Assembly (NCBI RefSeq): GCF_039654945.1
Contig: NW_027361682.1
Coordinates: forward strand, 6,634,001-6,698,000
From: Dendrobates tinctorius
Taxonomy: Eukaryota
DNA: 64,000 bases
Direction: 5' to 3'
Shown piece by piece: positions 12,367 through 26,439 of this stretch. The notes under the pieces are model-generated. The model was not told the origin of the DNA. It searched no databases and saw nothing but the letters and a program-made list of their open reading frames with translations. The position numbers and the translations under genes are program-made. How positions within the stretch are numbered: the first letter of the stretch is position 1; each line of letters starts with the position of its first letter.

Positions 12367-12869
12367 TAGAGTTGAGCGAAATGGGTCGGTCAAATTCAAA
12401 AGTCTGCAACTTCCGCAGAAGTCGGGTTTCATGAAATGAAACCCGACCATAGCGTGAGGTCGGCCACGAGGTCGGCAACCCGAGCGCCAAAGTCGCGTTT
12501 CAAATGATGCTTCCAGCGCCCTTTTTCAGCCAATGATGGAGGACGCACACTGTGGGCAACGCGATGACATGGGCATCGGTCACCACCATCTTTGAGAAGG
12601 GCATGCAAGTGATTGGCTGGCTTTGTGTGGCGTCACAGGGGCTATAAAAGGGGCGTGCACGCCGACCGCCATCTTCTGCCGTTCTTAGCATTAGGGAGAG
12701 GTTGCTGCTGCTGATTCAGAATAAGGGAGAGCGTTAGGCAGGGAAGAAGAACCAAAAAACTGCTTCTGCTGTTAGCGATTTCCACTTACAACACAACACT
12801 TTGTGTGCAGTGACAGGGGAGGCTCTATTTTTGTGCATCAGCTCTGTTGGTTATTAGGCTGCCTTATAA

Positions 12870-13316
12870 GGCTGGAGTCACACCAAACGATTAAAAAATC
12901 GGTCCGATTTTAATGGTCCGAAATCGCAGAAAGGTTTCTTGTCCAGAGATTCGTCTGTCATCCCATTTTCCAGCGATGAACCGATTTTATTCGCATCAAA
13001 GCATCAAATTGACATCCAATACCAATGCCTGATGCTCTTTCCTGTTGACCTGGAGAAGTCTTGCGATTTAATCGCAAGTCACACGTGTGGTGCGTTTTCA
13101 ATGTGATTTTTAATCGCATCCATAGACTTGCATTGGCGAATCCGATCCGAAAATCGGTGACAATCGCAGCATGCTGCGATTGTCTTGGTCCGAGGAACGG
13201 ATCCGAGAAAAAAACGGATGATGGGAGCAGCAACATAGAATAACATAGGGACGAATGCAATGCGATTTTTTATCGCATTGCATTCGTCCGATTTAATCGC
13301 TAGTGTGACTCCGGCC
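12870..13316. mobile_element. PIF/Harbinger MITE
   Basis: TAA|GGCTGGAGTCACAC...GTGTGACTCCGGCC|TAA: TIRs with 3-bp TAA TSD. Confidence 0.88.
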
Positions 13317-13814
13317 TAAGGCTCCCTGATAGCTGCATTGCTTTTTTCACACTGCTGTGCAAGCTGCTTTTTTAAAAGCAAAAATAATTTTCTTCCTCTT
13401 TTCTGCACAGTTACCAAGCGTTCATTTTTCCACCCTTTTGTGTGCAGCAGTCCTGCTTATTAGGCTGCCTGCGTCCATACTTGGACTGAGAGCATCATTG
13501 TCAGCCTCCTAAAATCTCTAGTGAGATCCAAATTCTCACCAATCCTATAGACACCCTCCACCATACTCTATATATGGGGCTGGGGCCACTATACTGTATA
13601 TATGGGGGGAAACTGTGGCCATTATGCTGTATATATGGGGGGAAACTGCGGCCATCACACTGTATTTATGAACGGACTGAGGGGCCATCATACTGTATAT
13701 ATGGGGGCTGGGGCCCTCATACTATATATATGAGGGAACTGGGGTCATCATACTATATATATGGGAGAACTAGGGGCACCTTATTATATACATGGGGGAA
13801 CTGGAGCCATTCTA

Positions 13815-13831
13815 CTATATATATATATATA

Positions 13832-13890
<59 letters not shown>

Positions 13891-13893
13891 TAT
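13815..13893. repeat. (TA)n microsatellite
   Basis: Direct inspection. Confidence 0.95.
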
Positions 13894-14740
13894 ATGGGAA
13901 CTGGGGTCAACAAATATATGGGGTGAGCTGGGCATATCTTACCCATATATATCTGTTTTTTATTGTTTTTTATTGTTTTTTATATCTTACTGTATATATG
14001 GGGAGAACTAGTGCCTCCATACTATATATATGGGGCTGTGGGACCATCATACTTTATATAAGAGGGAACTGGGGTAATCATACTATATATATGGGGGAAC
14101 TGGGACCATCCTACTATAAACATGGGGGCAACTGCGGCCACCAAACTATTTATTTGGTGCAGTGGGGACCTTTATACTATATATACAGGGCAGTGGGGCT
14201 ATCATACTATACAGTTGAAACCAGAAGTTTCCATACACTATATAAAAAGTCATATATGACCTAAAACGGGAAATGTTTATTCTAATTTCATGTCAGATAG
14301 AGAAAAACATGCAGATTTGTATTTTTATACAATATATAGTGGATTTAACTTCTGGTTTCAACTGTATACACATAGGGGGCAGTGGGGATTTCATACTATA
14401 TAAAGTGAGCAGTGGGGACCTTCATACTATATATAGGGGGCAGGGGGACCTTCATGATGTATATAGGGTCATTGGGGACCATCATACTATATTTAGGGGC
14501 AATGGGAACATCTTATTTTTTATAGGGGCTATGTAGCCATTTTACTATATATAGGGAGTTCTGGAGTCCTCAATGTATAATACACGGCTTTGGGGACCAT
14601 CAAATTGTGTTTTGTGGTATGTAGGGCCATTATTCTGTATGTTCAGAGCTTTGTGGGCACTCAGAGGACATTATTTGCTATAAATGGGGACATTATTAGT
14701 TTTGATAGGGGCACTCAGGTTCCATTATATTTTTCTTAGG

Positions 14741-16135
14741 GCTCGGTTCTGCTCCCATATCTCTGTAGTAAGCTTGGTTCTGCTCCCATATCTCTGCAGT
14801 AAGCTTAGTTCTGCTCCCATATCTCTGTGTAAGCTCTGCTCTGCTCCTATACATCTGTAGTAAGCTTGGTTCTGCTCCCATATTTCTGTAGTAAGCTCAG
14901 CTCTGCTCCCATAACTCTATAGTAAGCTCCGTTTTGCTCCTATATTTCTGTAGTAAGCTCTGTTCTGCTCCCATATCTCTATAATAAGCTCCGTTCTGCT
15001 CCCATATCTCTGTAGTAAGCTCCGTTTTGCTCCTATATTTCTGTAGTAAGCTTGGTTCTGCTCCCATATCTCTGCAGTAAGCTTGGTTCTGCTCCCATAT
15101 CTCTGTAGTAAGCTTGGTTCTGCTCCTATATCTCTGTAGTAAGCTCCGTTTTGCTCCTATATTTCTGTAGTAAGCGCGGTTCTGCTCCCATCTCTGTAGT
15201 AAGCTCGGTTCTGCTCCCATATCTCTGTAGTAAGCTTGGTTCTGCCCCCATATCTCTGTAGTAAGCTCGGTTCTGCTCCCATATGTCTGTAGCAAGCTTG
15301 GTTCTGCTCCAAATCTCTGTAGGAAGCACGGTTCTGCTCCCTTATCTTTGTAGTAAGCTCGGTTCTGCTCCCATACTGCTGTAGTAAGCTCGATTCTGCT
15401 CTTATATCTCAGTAGTAAGCTCGGTTTTACACCCATATATCTGTAGTAAGCTCCGTTCTGCTCCCATATCTCTGGAGTATTCTCCATTCTCATCTATATC
15501 TCTGTAGTAAGCTCGGTTCTGCTCCCATATCTTTGTAGTAAGCTCGGTTCTGCTCCCATAGCTCTATAGTAAGCTCCGTTCTGCTCCCAAATCTCTGTAG
15601 CACGCTCCGTTCTGCTCCTATACTTCTGTAGTAAGCTCGGTTCTGCTCCTACATCTCTGTAGTAAGCTCGGTTCTGCTGCCATATCTTTGTAGTAAGCTG
15701 TGTTCTGCTCCCATATCTCTGTAGTAAGCTCGGTTCTGCTGCCATATCTTTGTAGTATGCTCGGTTCTGCTCCCATATCTCTGTAGTAAGCTCAGTTCTG
15801 CCCCCATATCTCTGTAGTAAGCTTGGTTCGGCTCCCATATCTCTGTATTAAGCTCGGTTCTGCCCCCATATCTCTGTAGCAAGCTTGGTTCGGCTCCCAT
15901 ATCTCTGTAGTAAGCTTGGTTCTGCTCCCATATCACTGTAGTATGCTCGGTTCTGCTCTCATATCTCTGTAGTAAGCTCAGTTCTGCTCCCATATCTCTG
16001 TAGTAAGCTCAGTTCTGCCCCCATATCTCTGTAGTAAGCTCGGTTCGGCTCCCATATCTCTGTAGTAAGCTCGGTTCTGCCCCCATATCTCTGTAGTAAG
16101 CTTGGTTCGGCTCCCATATCTCTGTAGTAAGCTCC
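14741..16135. repeat. 31-bp minisatellite (TATCTCTGTAGTAAGCTCGGTTCTGCTCCCA)n, ~45 copies
   Basis: Period 31 (e.g. 14761, 14792). Confidence 0.95.
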
Positions 16136-16420
16136 AGTTAGTTTCCTTATCTACGTAGCAATCTTGGTTCCAGTCTCGTGTCTATGTAGTCAGCTTGCTT
16201 CTGTTACAGTATCTATGTAGGCAGCAACTTGGTTCTGCTTCCATATATATGCAGCTAGCTTCGTTCTGTTCCCATATGTATGTACCACCCTGTTTTTAAA
16301 GCCTGTTATCTATGCTTCTTTAATTCAGTGGCCAGAGATAAGGAGGGTAAAAGCTCCGCGACTGAAGGATCCACTGCCTTGTGATTGCCCACCAGGCTGA
16401 AAAGTGCCAGCCAGCCCCTG

Positions 16421-17370
16421 CTCACCAATACTATATACACCCTCCTCCTTGTCATACACCATCCAATTTCAGCCTGTTACATTGAGGTGTAATCTCTACT
16501 GGCCCTGAGATACTAGTTCAGCGTCCTCAAATCTCTAGTGAGATCCAAATTCTCACCAGTCCTACAGACACCCTCCACCTTGTCATACACCATCTAATTT
16601 CAGCCTGTTACATTGAGGTGTAATCTCTACTGGCCCTGAGATACTAGTTCAGCGTCCTCAAATCTCTAGTGAGATCCAAATTCTCACCAGTCCTACAGAC
16701 AGCCTCCACCTTGTCATACACCATCCAATTTCAGCCTGTTACATTGAGGTGTAATCTCTACTGGCCCTGAGATACTAGTTCAGCGTCCTCAAATCTCTAG
16801 TGAGATCCAAATTCTCACCAGTCCTACAGACACCCTCCACCTTGTCATACACCATCCAATTTCAGCCTGTTACATTGAGGTGTAATCTCTACTGGCCCTG
16901 AGATAGTAGTTCAGCGTCCTCAAATCTCTAGTGAGATTCAAATTCTCACCAATACTATATACACCCTCCACCTTGTCATACACCATCCAATTTCAGCCTG
17001 TTACATTGAGGTGTAATCTCTACTGGCCCTGAGATACTAGTTCAGCGTCCTCAAATCTCTAGTGAGATTCAAATTCTCACCAATTTTATATACACACCTT
17101 GTACTTTGTCATACACCAGCCAATTTCAGCCTATTACATTGAGGTGTAATCTGTAGTGGGCCTGAGATAATAGTTCAGCCTCCTAAAATCTCTAGGGAGC
17201 TTCCAATTCTCCCCAATACTATATACACACCTTGTACTTTGTCATACACCAGCCAATTTCAGCCTGTTAAATTGAGGTGTAATCTATAGTGGGCCTGAGA
17301 TAATAGTTCAGCCTCCTAAAATCTCTAGGGAGCTTCCAATTCTCCCCAATACTATATACACATTGTACCT
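16421..17370. repeat. ~131-bp tandem repeat, ~7 copies
   Basis: TTGTCATACACC at 16449, 16580, 16711 and onward. Confidence 0.95.
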
Positions 17371-17897
17371 TGTTTTACAGTACCATATAGCTGGTGGTAT
17401 TTTGAGTACATTTTTCCAAAAATGAGGAAGTATGGTGGAAGAGGCCGTGGAAGTGGGCGGGGGTTGCCAGCTGGTACTGATGGTGGTGGTGCATCTGCTG
17501 GTAGTGGCAAAAGCACAATTGCAGCTAAGGCAGGAGGTGTTGAGCCTGCGTCATGGTCTGGCTCTGGAACGCCTGGAAGGCTACCTTTTCTGGGAGTAGG
17601 TTAACCGCTTTTAAAGTCGGAGCATCAGGAACTGGTTTTGGCTTACATTGCCGAAACAGACTCCAGCAAATATGCCCTCCTCTTCTGAAGTTTCAAAAAA
17701 TGCAAGCACTGAGTCATCAAGTGCTGGCTCCTGGTCAGGAAGAACCCCTTTCCTTGTGTCCTTCACCCCCACCAAAAGTGAATGATGCAGCAGGCCACAC
17801 TTCACATTAGTCCATGTAGCTCTTTCCCACATACCATGCCTAGGTTATCAAGTCAAATCGTGAATTCCCCAGTCCAATATGATTCTGACATCGAGTG

Positions 17898-19858
17898 TGG
17901 GTGGCCAGCCAGGGCAGTGGGGTTAATCGGTACCGGGCCGGTGTCTCAGAGGGATGAGTCACGGTGGTGGTGACCCGGTCCGTGGGCATGGGCTTCCAAG
18001 CAAAGGGGTGAATAACGTTTATAGGTGAATGATACGTGACGCCACCTGTGGTCTCTGATCAGATTGACCCGCGCTGCAGTGTCGCTTCTCTGGGACAGAT
18101 GTTGTGGTGCAGCTAAGATGTAGAAGCCCTGCACAGGTAGGGCCGTAGTCGCAGGGCAGATGAAAGAGTTGGTAGATGGTGTGCATGTTAGGGCTGGCGG
18201 AACACACCAAATTATAAAATAATAGTAGGTGCGTTCGCTGCCCGGGTCCACCGTGCAGAGGTGGTATACTGCTGCTAGGTAATGGCGGAAGTATAAAGCG
18301 GTGTGGAAAGGTCCCACGTGGGTTACGTCACCCGTGTGAACAGGAGCGAACTCTGTTAACTCACAGAGCCGCACTACCGCTGAACATAAATGCCGGGGCC
18401 TGTTTAGCTCACAGAGGCCGGCTAAAGTGCGCACAGAAAGCAGCCACAGAACTCTACCCCAAGGACATGGGGTTAGAGTCCCTCTAGGCCCTCTGAGTGC
18501 GCGGCGTCGCTGCCACGAACGCCGCTATAGACGCTGGCAATGAAGTGTGGAGCACGTGCATTGAGGCGTGCCACGTCACTGATGATGCCTAAAGCCTGAC
18601 TCAGACTCTGACCTACCTACACCTAAGCCTGGGCGCTAGCAGGCTAGGCTGCACAACACATGCGTACCAAGGGTAGGGGTTTCATAATGAGTCAGTCACA
18701 GAGACATTCATACGTGCATACACCACTGACTCCTCATAGTCTGAAATTACAGTCTATCCTAGCGAATGGCCGAGCGGCCATGCGAACCTTTTATAGCCGC
18801 GCGCGTCCGGGACCCTCCTGGCTTCTCAGATGGGCCAATCCGAACATGCACAGGACCTGACCACATGACCTTCGATCTCCAATGGGAGATCACTCCACGG
18901 GCATGCTCAGTGGCCCGACATGGGGACTTAGTCCCTGGAGAAACTCGCTGCTGAGCAGCATGCATTGCCATAGCTGTGCCAGAGGTGGAAGCAGCAAGCA
19001 AACCCACAGAGCTGGTCTGGGCAGAGCGCCGGGACTGACGAGTTCACTGAGCAACCTCCTCTGCGGCTGGGGAGGAATGGGAGACCGCCGGGAGCAGGGC
19101 TCGGGATTCCCGCTGTGCAGCAACAGGAACCCGACGCCTTACAGTGCAGTGCAGTATGTAGCAGAGCCATGCGCCAGGCGCAGGAGAAAGATGGCAAACA
19201 CAGTCGTGCAGTTCCTTTACCTGTACTTGGTAAGTGCCGTACAGGACCCAGAGTACAGATGGAGAAGGAGTTGGTCAGCCTGGAAGCAAATTTGGAATTC
19301 TGTCTCTGCAGATAGGTAGTGTGGCCTCCGTTCTAGCGCTTATCTGAGGTACTTGCAGTACTGAGTTCACTGAAGTTCCCCCTGTTGACTCTCTTTTGAA
19401 ACTTTCTCATATGGCAGGCAGCCGTAGCCTTTTCCTTCTGGCTCACACAAGTTGCTGCTGGGGCCTCAGAGCCTTAGTTGGGAACAGAGCATTTACAGCT
19501 GCTACTTCCTCCAGTTTCTGCTGCAGGACCGTCAGTGTCCCTACAAACTCGGAGACCGGAATCCGGACCATGCGCTCCAGCTAGGTGTGAGCCTTAACTC
19601 TGCTCATCCTCCAGCTCCCCTTCTCACATCCACACTTCCCCTTCCCTTCACAGACTTCCCTAACTTCCCACCTCCCGACCACAGAGAGCAGCTCCTCAGC
19701 AGTCAGGTTCAGAGGTCTCCCTGCTGGCCTGGAGTGGGAACTGTGTTGTGTGTTGGTTTAACTGGTAGAGAGATCCTTCGTTGCTCCCAAACATGACATC
19801 ACACTCCCTAGGAGGAAGGTAATGCCACTGTGGCGACCGTACTCCTGGGGGTGCCACA
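17898..19858 (-). mobile_element. Solo LTR (long variant) with 4-bp TSD
   Basis: AGTG|TG...CCACA|AGTG; both ends homologous (inverted) to 55184-56185; strand given relative to that copy. Confidence 0.75.
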
Positions 19859-21369
19859 AGTGCACTGATGCCCAGCCACTGCTAGATGATTCTGCTGGTA
19901 CATTGACCCAGACCACTACATTCCCCTCGCACTCTACACAGCCAGAATCTGACCCTGATGAAACTCAGGTTCCCCTTCCCGCATACTATACCACCTTACA
20001 CGGTGACAAAGAGGAAGATGCAGATGAAAGTGCAGGTTCCTTAAGCAGGTGAGGGGGCATACTCATGGGCAACGGCACTGGCACAGGGCCCCTCATAGTA
20101 CGCAAAAGTGTCTTTGCCGGTGGGAGGGGCAGGGGGAGGGCCCACCCGGGGAGGGCCCACCCGCCGTCAGACACACGACCGTACTATGAGGGGCCCTGTG
20201 CCAGTGCCGTCACCAACGAGTGGGCCCCACTGCTTGCTCAGGATCACAGCACTTGCAAAGTTGAAATACTTACCTCTCCCTGCTCCACCGCCGTGACGTC
20301 TTCCGCGTTTCCTGACAGTGACATTCTGGTCAGAGAGCGCGATGACATCACGTCTGTACGCCCTCTGCCTAAACAGTCCAAGTGCAGAGAGATGGAAGAT
20401 GGGGACGACGAGGAGTCCAGAGTACAGGGATTCCCTAGCGAGGAGACTTATTTAATTATTCTAAAGGTTGGGAGCAATTTTTGGGGAGCACTATACTCTG
20501 GAGAATGATATATGGGGCCCACTAAACACTGGAGCATTCCAAAGGTGGACATCAGACACTGGAGCAGCATTTACAGGGCCCATTATACACTGGAGCATTA
20601 GAAATGGGGCCCATTATATATGGAGCATTATTTGGGCCCATAAGACACTGGAGCATCATCCATTGGGCTTATCATATACTGGAGCATTGTAAATGGGGCA
20701 GATTATATATGGAGCATTATTTGGACCAATCGTACACTAGAGCATCATCCGTGAGGCCCATCATATGCTGGAGCTTTCCAAATGGGGGACATCAGACACT
20801 GTAGCAGCATTTAAAGCACAAAATTCCCAATACATAATTTGCTAGATCTCATCACCAGTCCAAAAGAAGAAAAAAGTACCAGCTCAAAAACAATCAGTGC
20901 CAGAGGAGAAAGAAAGAGCCAGTGGTATCTTGAGCATTATGAATAAAAATTAATATTTATTTTTAAATAGTTAGTAATAATAACACATATCTAAATATCA
21001 ATACACAAGTACCAGTGAAAAATGCAGAGAGGAAAACTATCCCCAAGTGCCCAGTTGCCTCTTAAACAATATTAGAAACATATCACATGTTTGTCAAAAT
21101 GAAAGTAAGCCTGAACGGTGGATGTTGAATCAGAAAAAATAGTAGCAAAGGTAACGCTGACCAGACCGAGCTTTTAGTATTATCAAGTGAATCAAGAACT
21201 CAGCATGGAATAGAGCAAATTGTCAGGCTTACCAAGGAGAGATAACGGGCACCAGGTGGAGAAACTTTTGGCCGAGCTCTACTGTAACCTGTTAAATAGT
21301 TGTTAAAATATGCAATTCAATTTAGGTATATTTTTATTTATTTTTCAATTTTTAGAATGACCAATAATA

Positions 21370-21795
21370 TCACATACAAGGAACAAACACCGCTACACCA
21401 TGTCCAGACCACATATTACCACCACATAGTGACCTATAATACCACATACAAGGAACAAATACCGCCACACCATGACCAGACCACAAATTACTACCATAGT
21501 GACCGAATAATATCACATACAAGGAACAAATACCACCGCACCATGACCAGACCACATATTACCACCACAAAGTGACCAAATAATAGCACATACAAGGGAC
21601 AAATACCACCGCACCATGTCCAGACCACATATTACCACCACATAGTGACCTATAATGCAACATACAAGTAACAAATACCACCGCACCATGACCAGACCAC
21701 ATATTACCACCACAAAGTGACCAAATAATAGCACAAGGAACAAATACCGCCACACCATGCCCAGACCACATATTACCACCACATGGTGACTGAAT
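21370..21795. repeat. ~71-bp tandem repeat, ~6 copies
   Basis: CACATACAAGGAACAAATACC...CAGACCACATATTACCACCAC units. Confidence 0.92.
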
Positions 21796-22487
21796 ACTAC
21801 AATACTGAGCATTAATAAAAAAACATAATACTATCACCATAAGTGGCATTATACACAGGAGATCTGTATTTAGTATGCAGTGTCTGTGTACAGGTAATAT
21901 AGTGATCAATGACATTATACACAGGAGCTCTGTATATAATGTACAGGTAATACAGTGATCACTGGTGACATTATACACAAGACCTCTGTATATAGTATAC
22001 AATGTATAGTGTCAGTGTACAGGTAACACACTAACTCACCAGTGATGTCTCTAGGTGAAGTCCTTCATCCTTGCTTTTCATTCATCCAGCACAGATCGCC
22101 ATCACTTCTTCCAGCCAGGGCTCGTCTCTGCAGGAAATAACACAGTTATCTAGAGCTCCGCTTGCAGAACACATTACTTATTTTTTCCCAACTTCTACAT
22201 TACACCACATGAAAAAAAAGGCGACATAGTATCGCTCTGCACAGTAACAGGACCGCCCCCCCATTTAAAACAGTATCCTCAAAAAATTAAATACATCACT
22301 GCAGTAATAATATCCCTTAATTAGCCCCTATGGTAATAATATCCCCCATCCTGACCCCCGTGTGTCTCATTCCTGGCTTTAGCCATATGTTCTCCCATGC
22401 CGCCCTCATGAGTATCCATTCTTCCCCATATGATCTCCATCATATCCATCCTGCCCCATGATCCTGTGCGATCTGTCTCCAATCATG

Positions 22488-22878
22488 CCCCGTGTCTAGC
22501 ATTCTGCCTCATGTCCAGCATTCTGCCCCAGTCTACAGCATTCTGCCCCATGTCCAGCATTCTGCCCCATGTCCAGCATTCTGTCCCAGTCTCCAGCATT
22601 CTGCCCCAGTCTCCAGCATTCTGCCCCATGACCAGCATTCTGCTCCAGCCTCGAGCATTGTGCCCCAGTCTCCAGCATTCTGCCCCAATCCAGCATTCTG
22701 CCACATGTCCAGCATTCTGCCCCATGTCCAGCATTCTGCCCCAGTCTCTAGCATTCTGCCCCAGTCTCTAGCATTCCGCCCCTTGTCTAGCATTCTGCCC
22801 CAGTCCAGCATTCTGTCCCAGTCTCTAGCATTCTGCCCCGTGTCCAGCATTCTGCCCCATGTCCAGCATTCTGCCCCC
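22488..22878. repeat. 19-21-bp minisatellite (CCAGCATTCTGCCCCATGT)n
   Basis: Direct inspection; lies within an element ending GGCGGCCCTG at 23270. Confidence 0.93.
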
Positions 22879-23862
22879 GGCCCCCCGGATCGCCGCTGTA
22901 AAAAAAAAAACAAACAAAAAAAAACAGTTCTCTTTACCTGGACGCGCTTCAGCGGCGGGCGAGGCTCCGTCCCTCCACGCTGCTGAAGCGCGCTCTAGCC
23001 TTTGACTAACACAGACGTCAGACGCCGGCAATGTGTGCGCTGCAGCTAGCGTCAGCTGCCAGCCTCCGATTGGCTGGCGGCTGTTAACTATTGACGTGCG
23101 GGCCCGCATGTCAGTAGCATTTAGCTGCCGCCCGCAGCGCCGCACTAAGGGCCCGGTTTACCTGCCGGTAGGGGCCCGGTGAGCAGAGGAGACCAGACCC
23201 GAAGTGGGCCCCCTCTGCCCACCGGGCCCCATACGCCAGTCAGGGCAATAATGCCCTGATGGCGGCCCTGACCGAGGCTGCGCGCTTGGGTCACTGTCTC
23301 TGCATTGTCAGGGGGAAGTCTCATCTGGTTATGCAGGCTCCCGAGTCCCCATACTCACATACAGCTCTTACTATGGCTCGTATTTCAGTCTCAGTGCTCT
23401 GACAGGGAATCCTCTCTCTGGGAGAGCGGTGCTGCAGCCTAATTTCTCAGCAACAGCAGCGCAAGCCCCCATCTTTCTTCTCAACAAAGAAGAACCACAC
23501 CGCTATGGGCAAAGAGGAGGGTCTAAGGCTACTTTCACACTTGCACCTTTTTGCGCAGCGTATCGAGTGCACATGAAACGCATGTCAAAAGCGCGTGCAA
23601 ACACTTGTAAACGCGTTTTTTTAGCATTATTGTGCGCATTACGACAAAAAATTGCAGCGTTTTTATGCGTTTGTAAGCGTTTTTTTCATGCGTTTGCATT
23701 TTTTATGTGCAATGGTGTCACATTTCACAGGAAAATCCTTGAAAAATTCTTGCAACACACTCCACCAATGGGACAGCAGTGGGCGTGTGTTATGGAAATT
23801 CTTTATATAGACCCTGTTTACAGCTGAATTCTTCACATTTGCTTGCATTCTCCTTGTGAAAC

Positions 23863-25310
23863 ATGGATCTGCACTGGAAGAGTTTTTACTTTGACTTGGA
23901 TCTGGACATCAGGATGGCTCAGGCTTATGCAGTTGCTTGCCATCAACAAAGGGAGAGAGAGAGACAGCGAAGACAGCAGCGGCGGCGTTTGTGGATACAT
24001 CCGATTATTGAACTCCGGGAGAGCCGTGGAGCGTACCACACCCTCTACAGTGAGCTACAGGCAAATCCGGAGAAATTTACAGATTATACCCGGATGTCCC
24101 AACAAAGCTTTAACGATTTGCTTGGTCGGGTCCAAGAAGCCATCCGGAGACAGGACACGCAGCTCCGTTGTGCGATTACTCATGAGGAACGGCTCCTGGT
24201 TACATTACGGTATGTAGTATTGCAAAACCAATGCCTGCAGAATTTTCTTTGGTGTGACATGTACTATTACAAATCTGGCAGAATTATAGTTCTGCCATGT
24301 ATTTAACAAAAAGCTGTGTTTTTTTAAGGCATGCAGTGAACAAAAGGCTGCAGATGTATTTTTATTAACTTTTTTTTATTTTATTGTTGGTGTTTTAAAA
24401 ATCCATATACAGAAGTAATAATTGTTGTTTTTTTCTCTGTTTCCCAGATTCCTGGCAACTGGAGAGACCCGCTCTTCACTCCACTTCCAGTACCGTTTTG
24501 GAATATCCACGTTGTCTGGAATTGTAGCGGACACCTGCCGGGCTTTGTGGAATGTTCTCTGTCCAGAATTCATGCCCCTGTCCACCGCAGAAAAGTGGTT
24601 GGAAATTGCCGAAAAATTCTGGACAGTCTGCAATTTCCCCAACTGTTTGGGAGCGGTGGACGGGAAACACATCCGGATTATCAAGCCAAAAAGAACTGGA
24701 TCGGAGTACTACAACTATATAAAGTACTTTTCTACAGTACTCATGGCATTTTCTGATGCAGACTGTATGTTTGTAGCAGTGGACATTGGGGGATTTGGCC
24801 GTGGAAATGACTCCCAGGCCTTTAAGAACTCTGACATGGGCCGTAGATTGTATGGCAACCAATTTAATTTTCCCATGCCACGGCCTCTTCCCAACACTGA
24901 AGGTCCGCCACAGCCCTTTGTAATGGTTGGGGATGAGGCATTCCAGATGTGCCAAAACATGCTCAAGCCCTACTCCAGCCGGGACTTGGACCACACCTAA
25001 AGAAGTTTTAATTACAGACTGACCAGGGCCAGAAGAACTGTTAAGTGTGCCTTTGGTATTCTTGTATCCAGATGGCGCATTCTCGCCACAGCCATAAATC
25101 TAAAACTGGAAACAGTGGATGAGGTGGTGAAGGCCTGTGTGGTTCTACATAATTTTGTCATGGCTAGAGAGCATCCGAACTTAGATCTTGATGCTGTTGC
25201 TCCTAACCCATTGCCTGAATTTACTCAGCACCCTCTCAGGTCATCGGTTGAAGTTGGCCAAATGAGGGACCAATTTGCGGCCTACTTCATCTCAGACGTG
25301 GCAAGAGCAA
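23863..25310 (+). pseudogene. Harbinger DDE transposase pseudogene (2 exons)
   Basis: Exon 23863-24209 (GT) and exon from 24448 (AG): RLWIHP, ERLLVTLR|FLATG, FPNCLGAVDGKH, VGDEAF, in-frame TAA at 24998-25000, RARRTVKCAFG (catalytic E->K), ACVVLHNF. Confidence 0.92.
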
Positions 25311-26167
25311 ATGGTGTAAAAAAATTTCTTGTTGTTGTGTTAGTAAACAATGTTTTGATACCTGTACTGAGTGTATTGTGTCTTTTTACACTCCCAATAC
25401 TTTTATCAACTCGCCAGGTGTACCAGTGAAATTATGATGCTGTGTTTTGTGCATCATAAATTTACTAGTACTCCTGACCAGGTGTCTATACATACACACA
25501 CACAAGTTGTATGACCTTTATCATTTTGACAGTGTGTGTTCAACTAGCAGCGACGGTGGAGATAATACAACTAATATTTTTGTCACATGTGCCAATTTAA
25601 AAAAAAATGATTTGTGGAAGCACTGGCATCCTTTACTTTTTATTACACCAAAACATGTGACTATAAATATTATTTGTAGGATCACCACTGTGGCTTGAGT
25701 TTGAACGCACACTGGAGACTTAATAGAGTTTATACAACTTCTACCATACCCAGACCTGGTGTCATGCTGAAGTGAGGATGCACAAACTAATGCATAATGA
25801 CTTCACAAAGTTATCACACATGGGCAGGAGAATACACATATGACTTAAACTGAAGCATAGCTAAAGTCTGCTTCAAATATATGGAGACTGAAGCAACGCT
25901 GCAGGTTAAAATTCATGTGTATTCACCTGCCCAGGTGTGATAGTGATGATACAAGGCCAGAGTATTGGTGAAGTAAATTTAGCATTTATTTTCAGCATCA
26001 GGTCATCAGTTTATTCCACACACTTAATAGAGCATGTTGTTAATTACTAGGTATATCTACAATCCCCTCGCCTTGTCTCAAAAATAGTTAAATGATGATG
26101 GTAAAAAAAAAAAAAAATAGGCAAGGTAACAATAGATATGCCTTGCACTCAACACCATCCTCTATGC

Positions 26168-26439
26168 CAGGGTTTCCAAAATCTAGTCCTCAAGGTTCAC
26201 CAACAGATCATGTTTTAAGAATTTCCCTTTTTTTTGCCTCAGGTGAAGCATTTATCACCGGAGTAATGTAATTCCTTAAAACATGATTTGTCCTCCAGTC
26301 CTCAAGGGTCACCAACAGATAATGTTGTAAGGAATTCCATTGCTCCGGTGATAACTGCTTCACATGAGCCAAAAAAAAACGGAAATCCTTACAACATAAT
26401 CTGTTGGTGGACCTTGAGGACTGGAGTTGGGGAACCCTG
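26168..26439. mobile_element. hAT MITE nested in the Harbinger
   Basis: CAGGGTTTCCAAAATCTAGTCCTCAAGG...CCTTGAGGACTGGAGTTGGGGAACCCTG; degenerate 8-bp TSD CTCTATGC/CTCGATCC. Confidence 0.75.

Larger units (their letters stand above)
13561..16420. mobile_element. Satellite-bearing non-autonomous element nested in the 131-bp array
   Basis: Ends GCCAGCCAGCCCCTG (CAGGGG-type terminus); array unit interrupted at 13560 resumes at 16421. Confidence 0.5.
12367..20050 (+). mobile_element. Large hAT-like element (TAGAGTTGAGCG end) with 131-bp subterminal array and a decayed ORF start; host to nested insertions
   Basis: hAT-like terminus; array 16421-17370 (partial unit at 13500-13560); ORF start MRKYGGRGRGSGRG at 17422; host sequence rejoins across the LTR at 17897/19863. 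Confidence 0.5.

Noticed and set aside
14741-17370. CRISPR-like array and repetitive ORFs
   Set aside because: Head-to-tail repeats without unique spacers, no cas genes, eukaryotic context
21370-22986. Repeat arrays and ORFs
   Set aside because: Simple minisatellites
23863-25429. HARBI1/ALP1-like host gene
   Set aside because: Has a TIR with TAA target, an in-frame stop and a mutated catalytic residue
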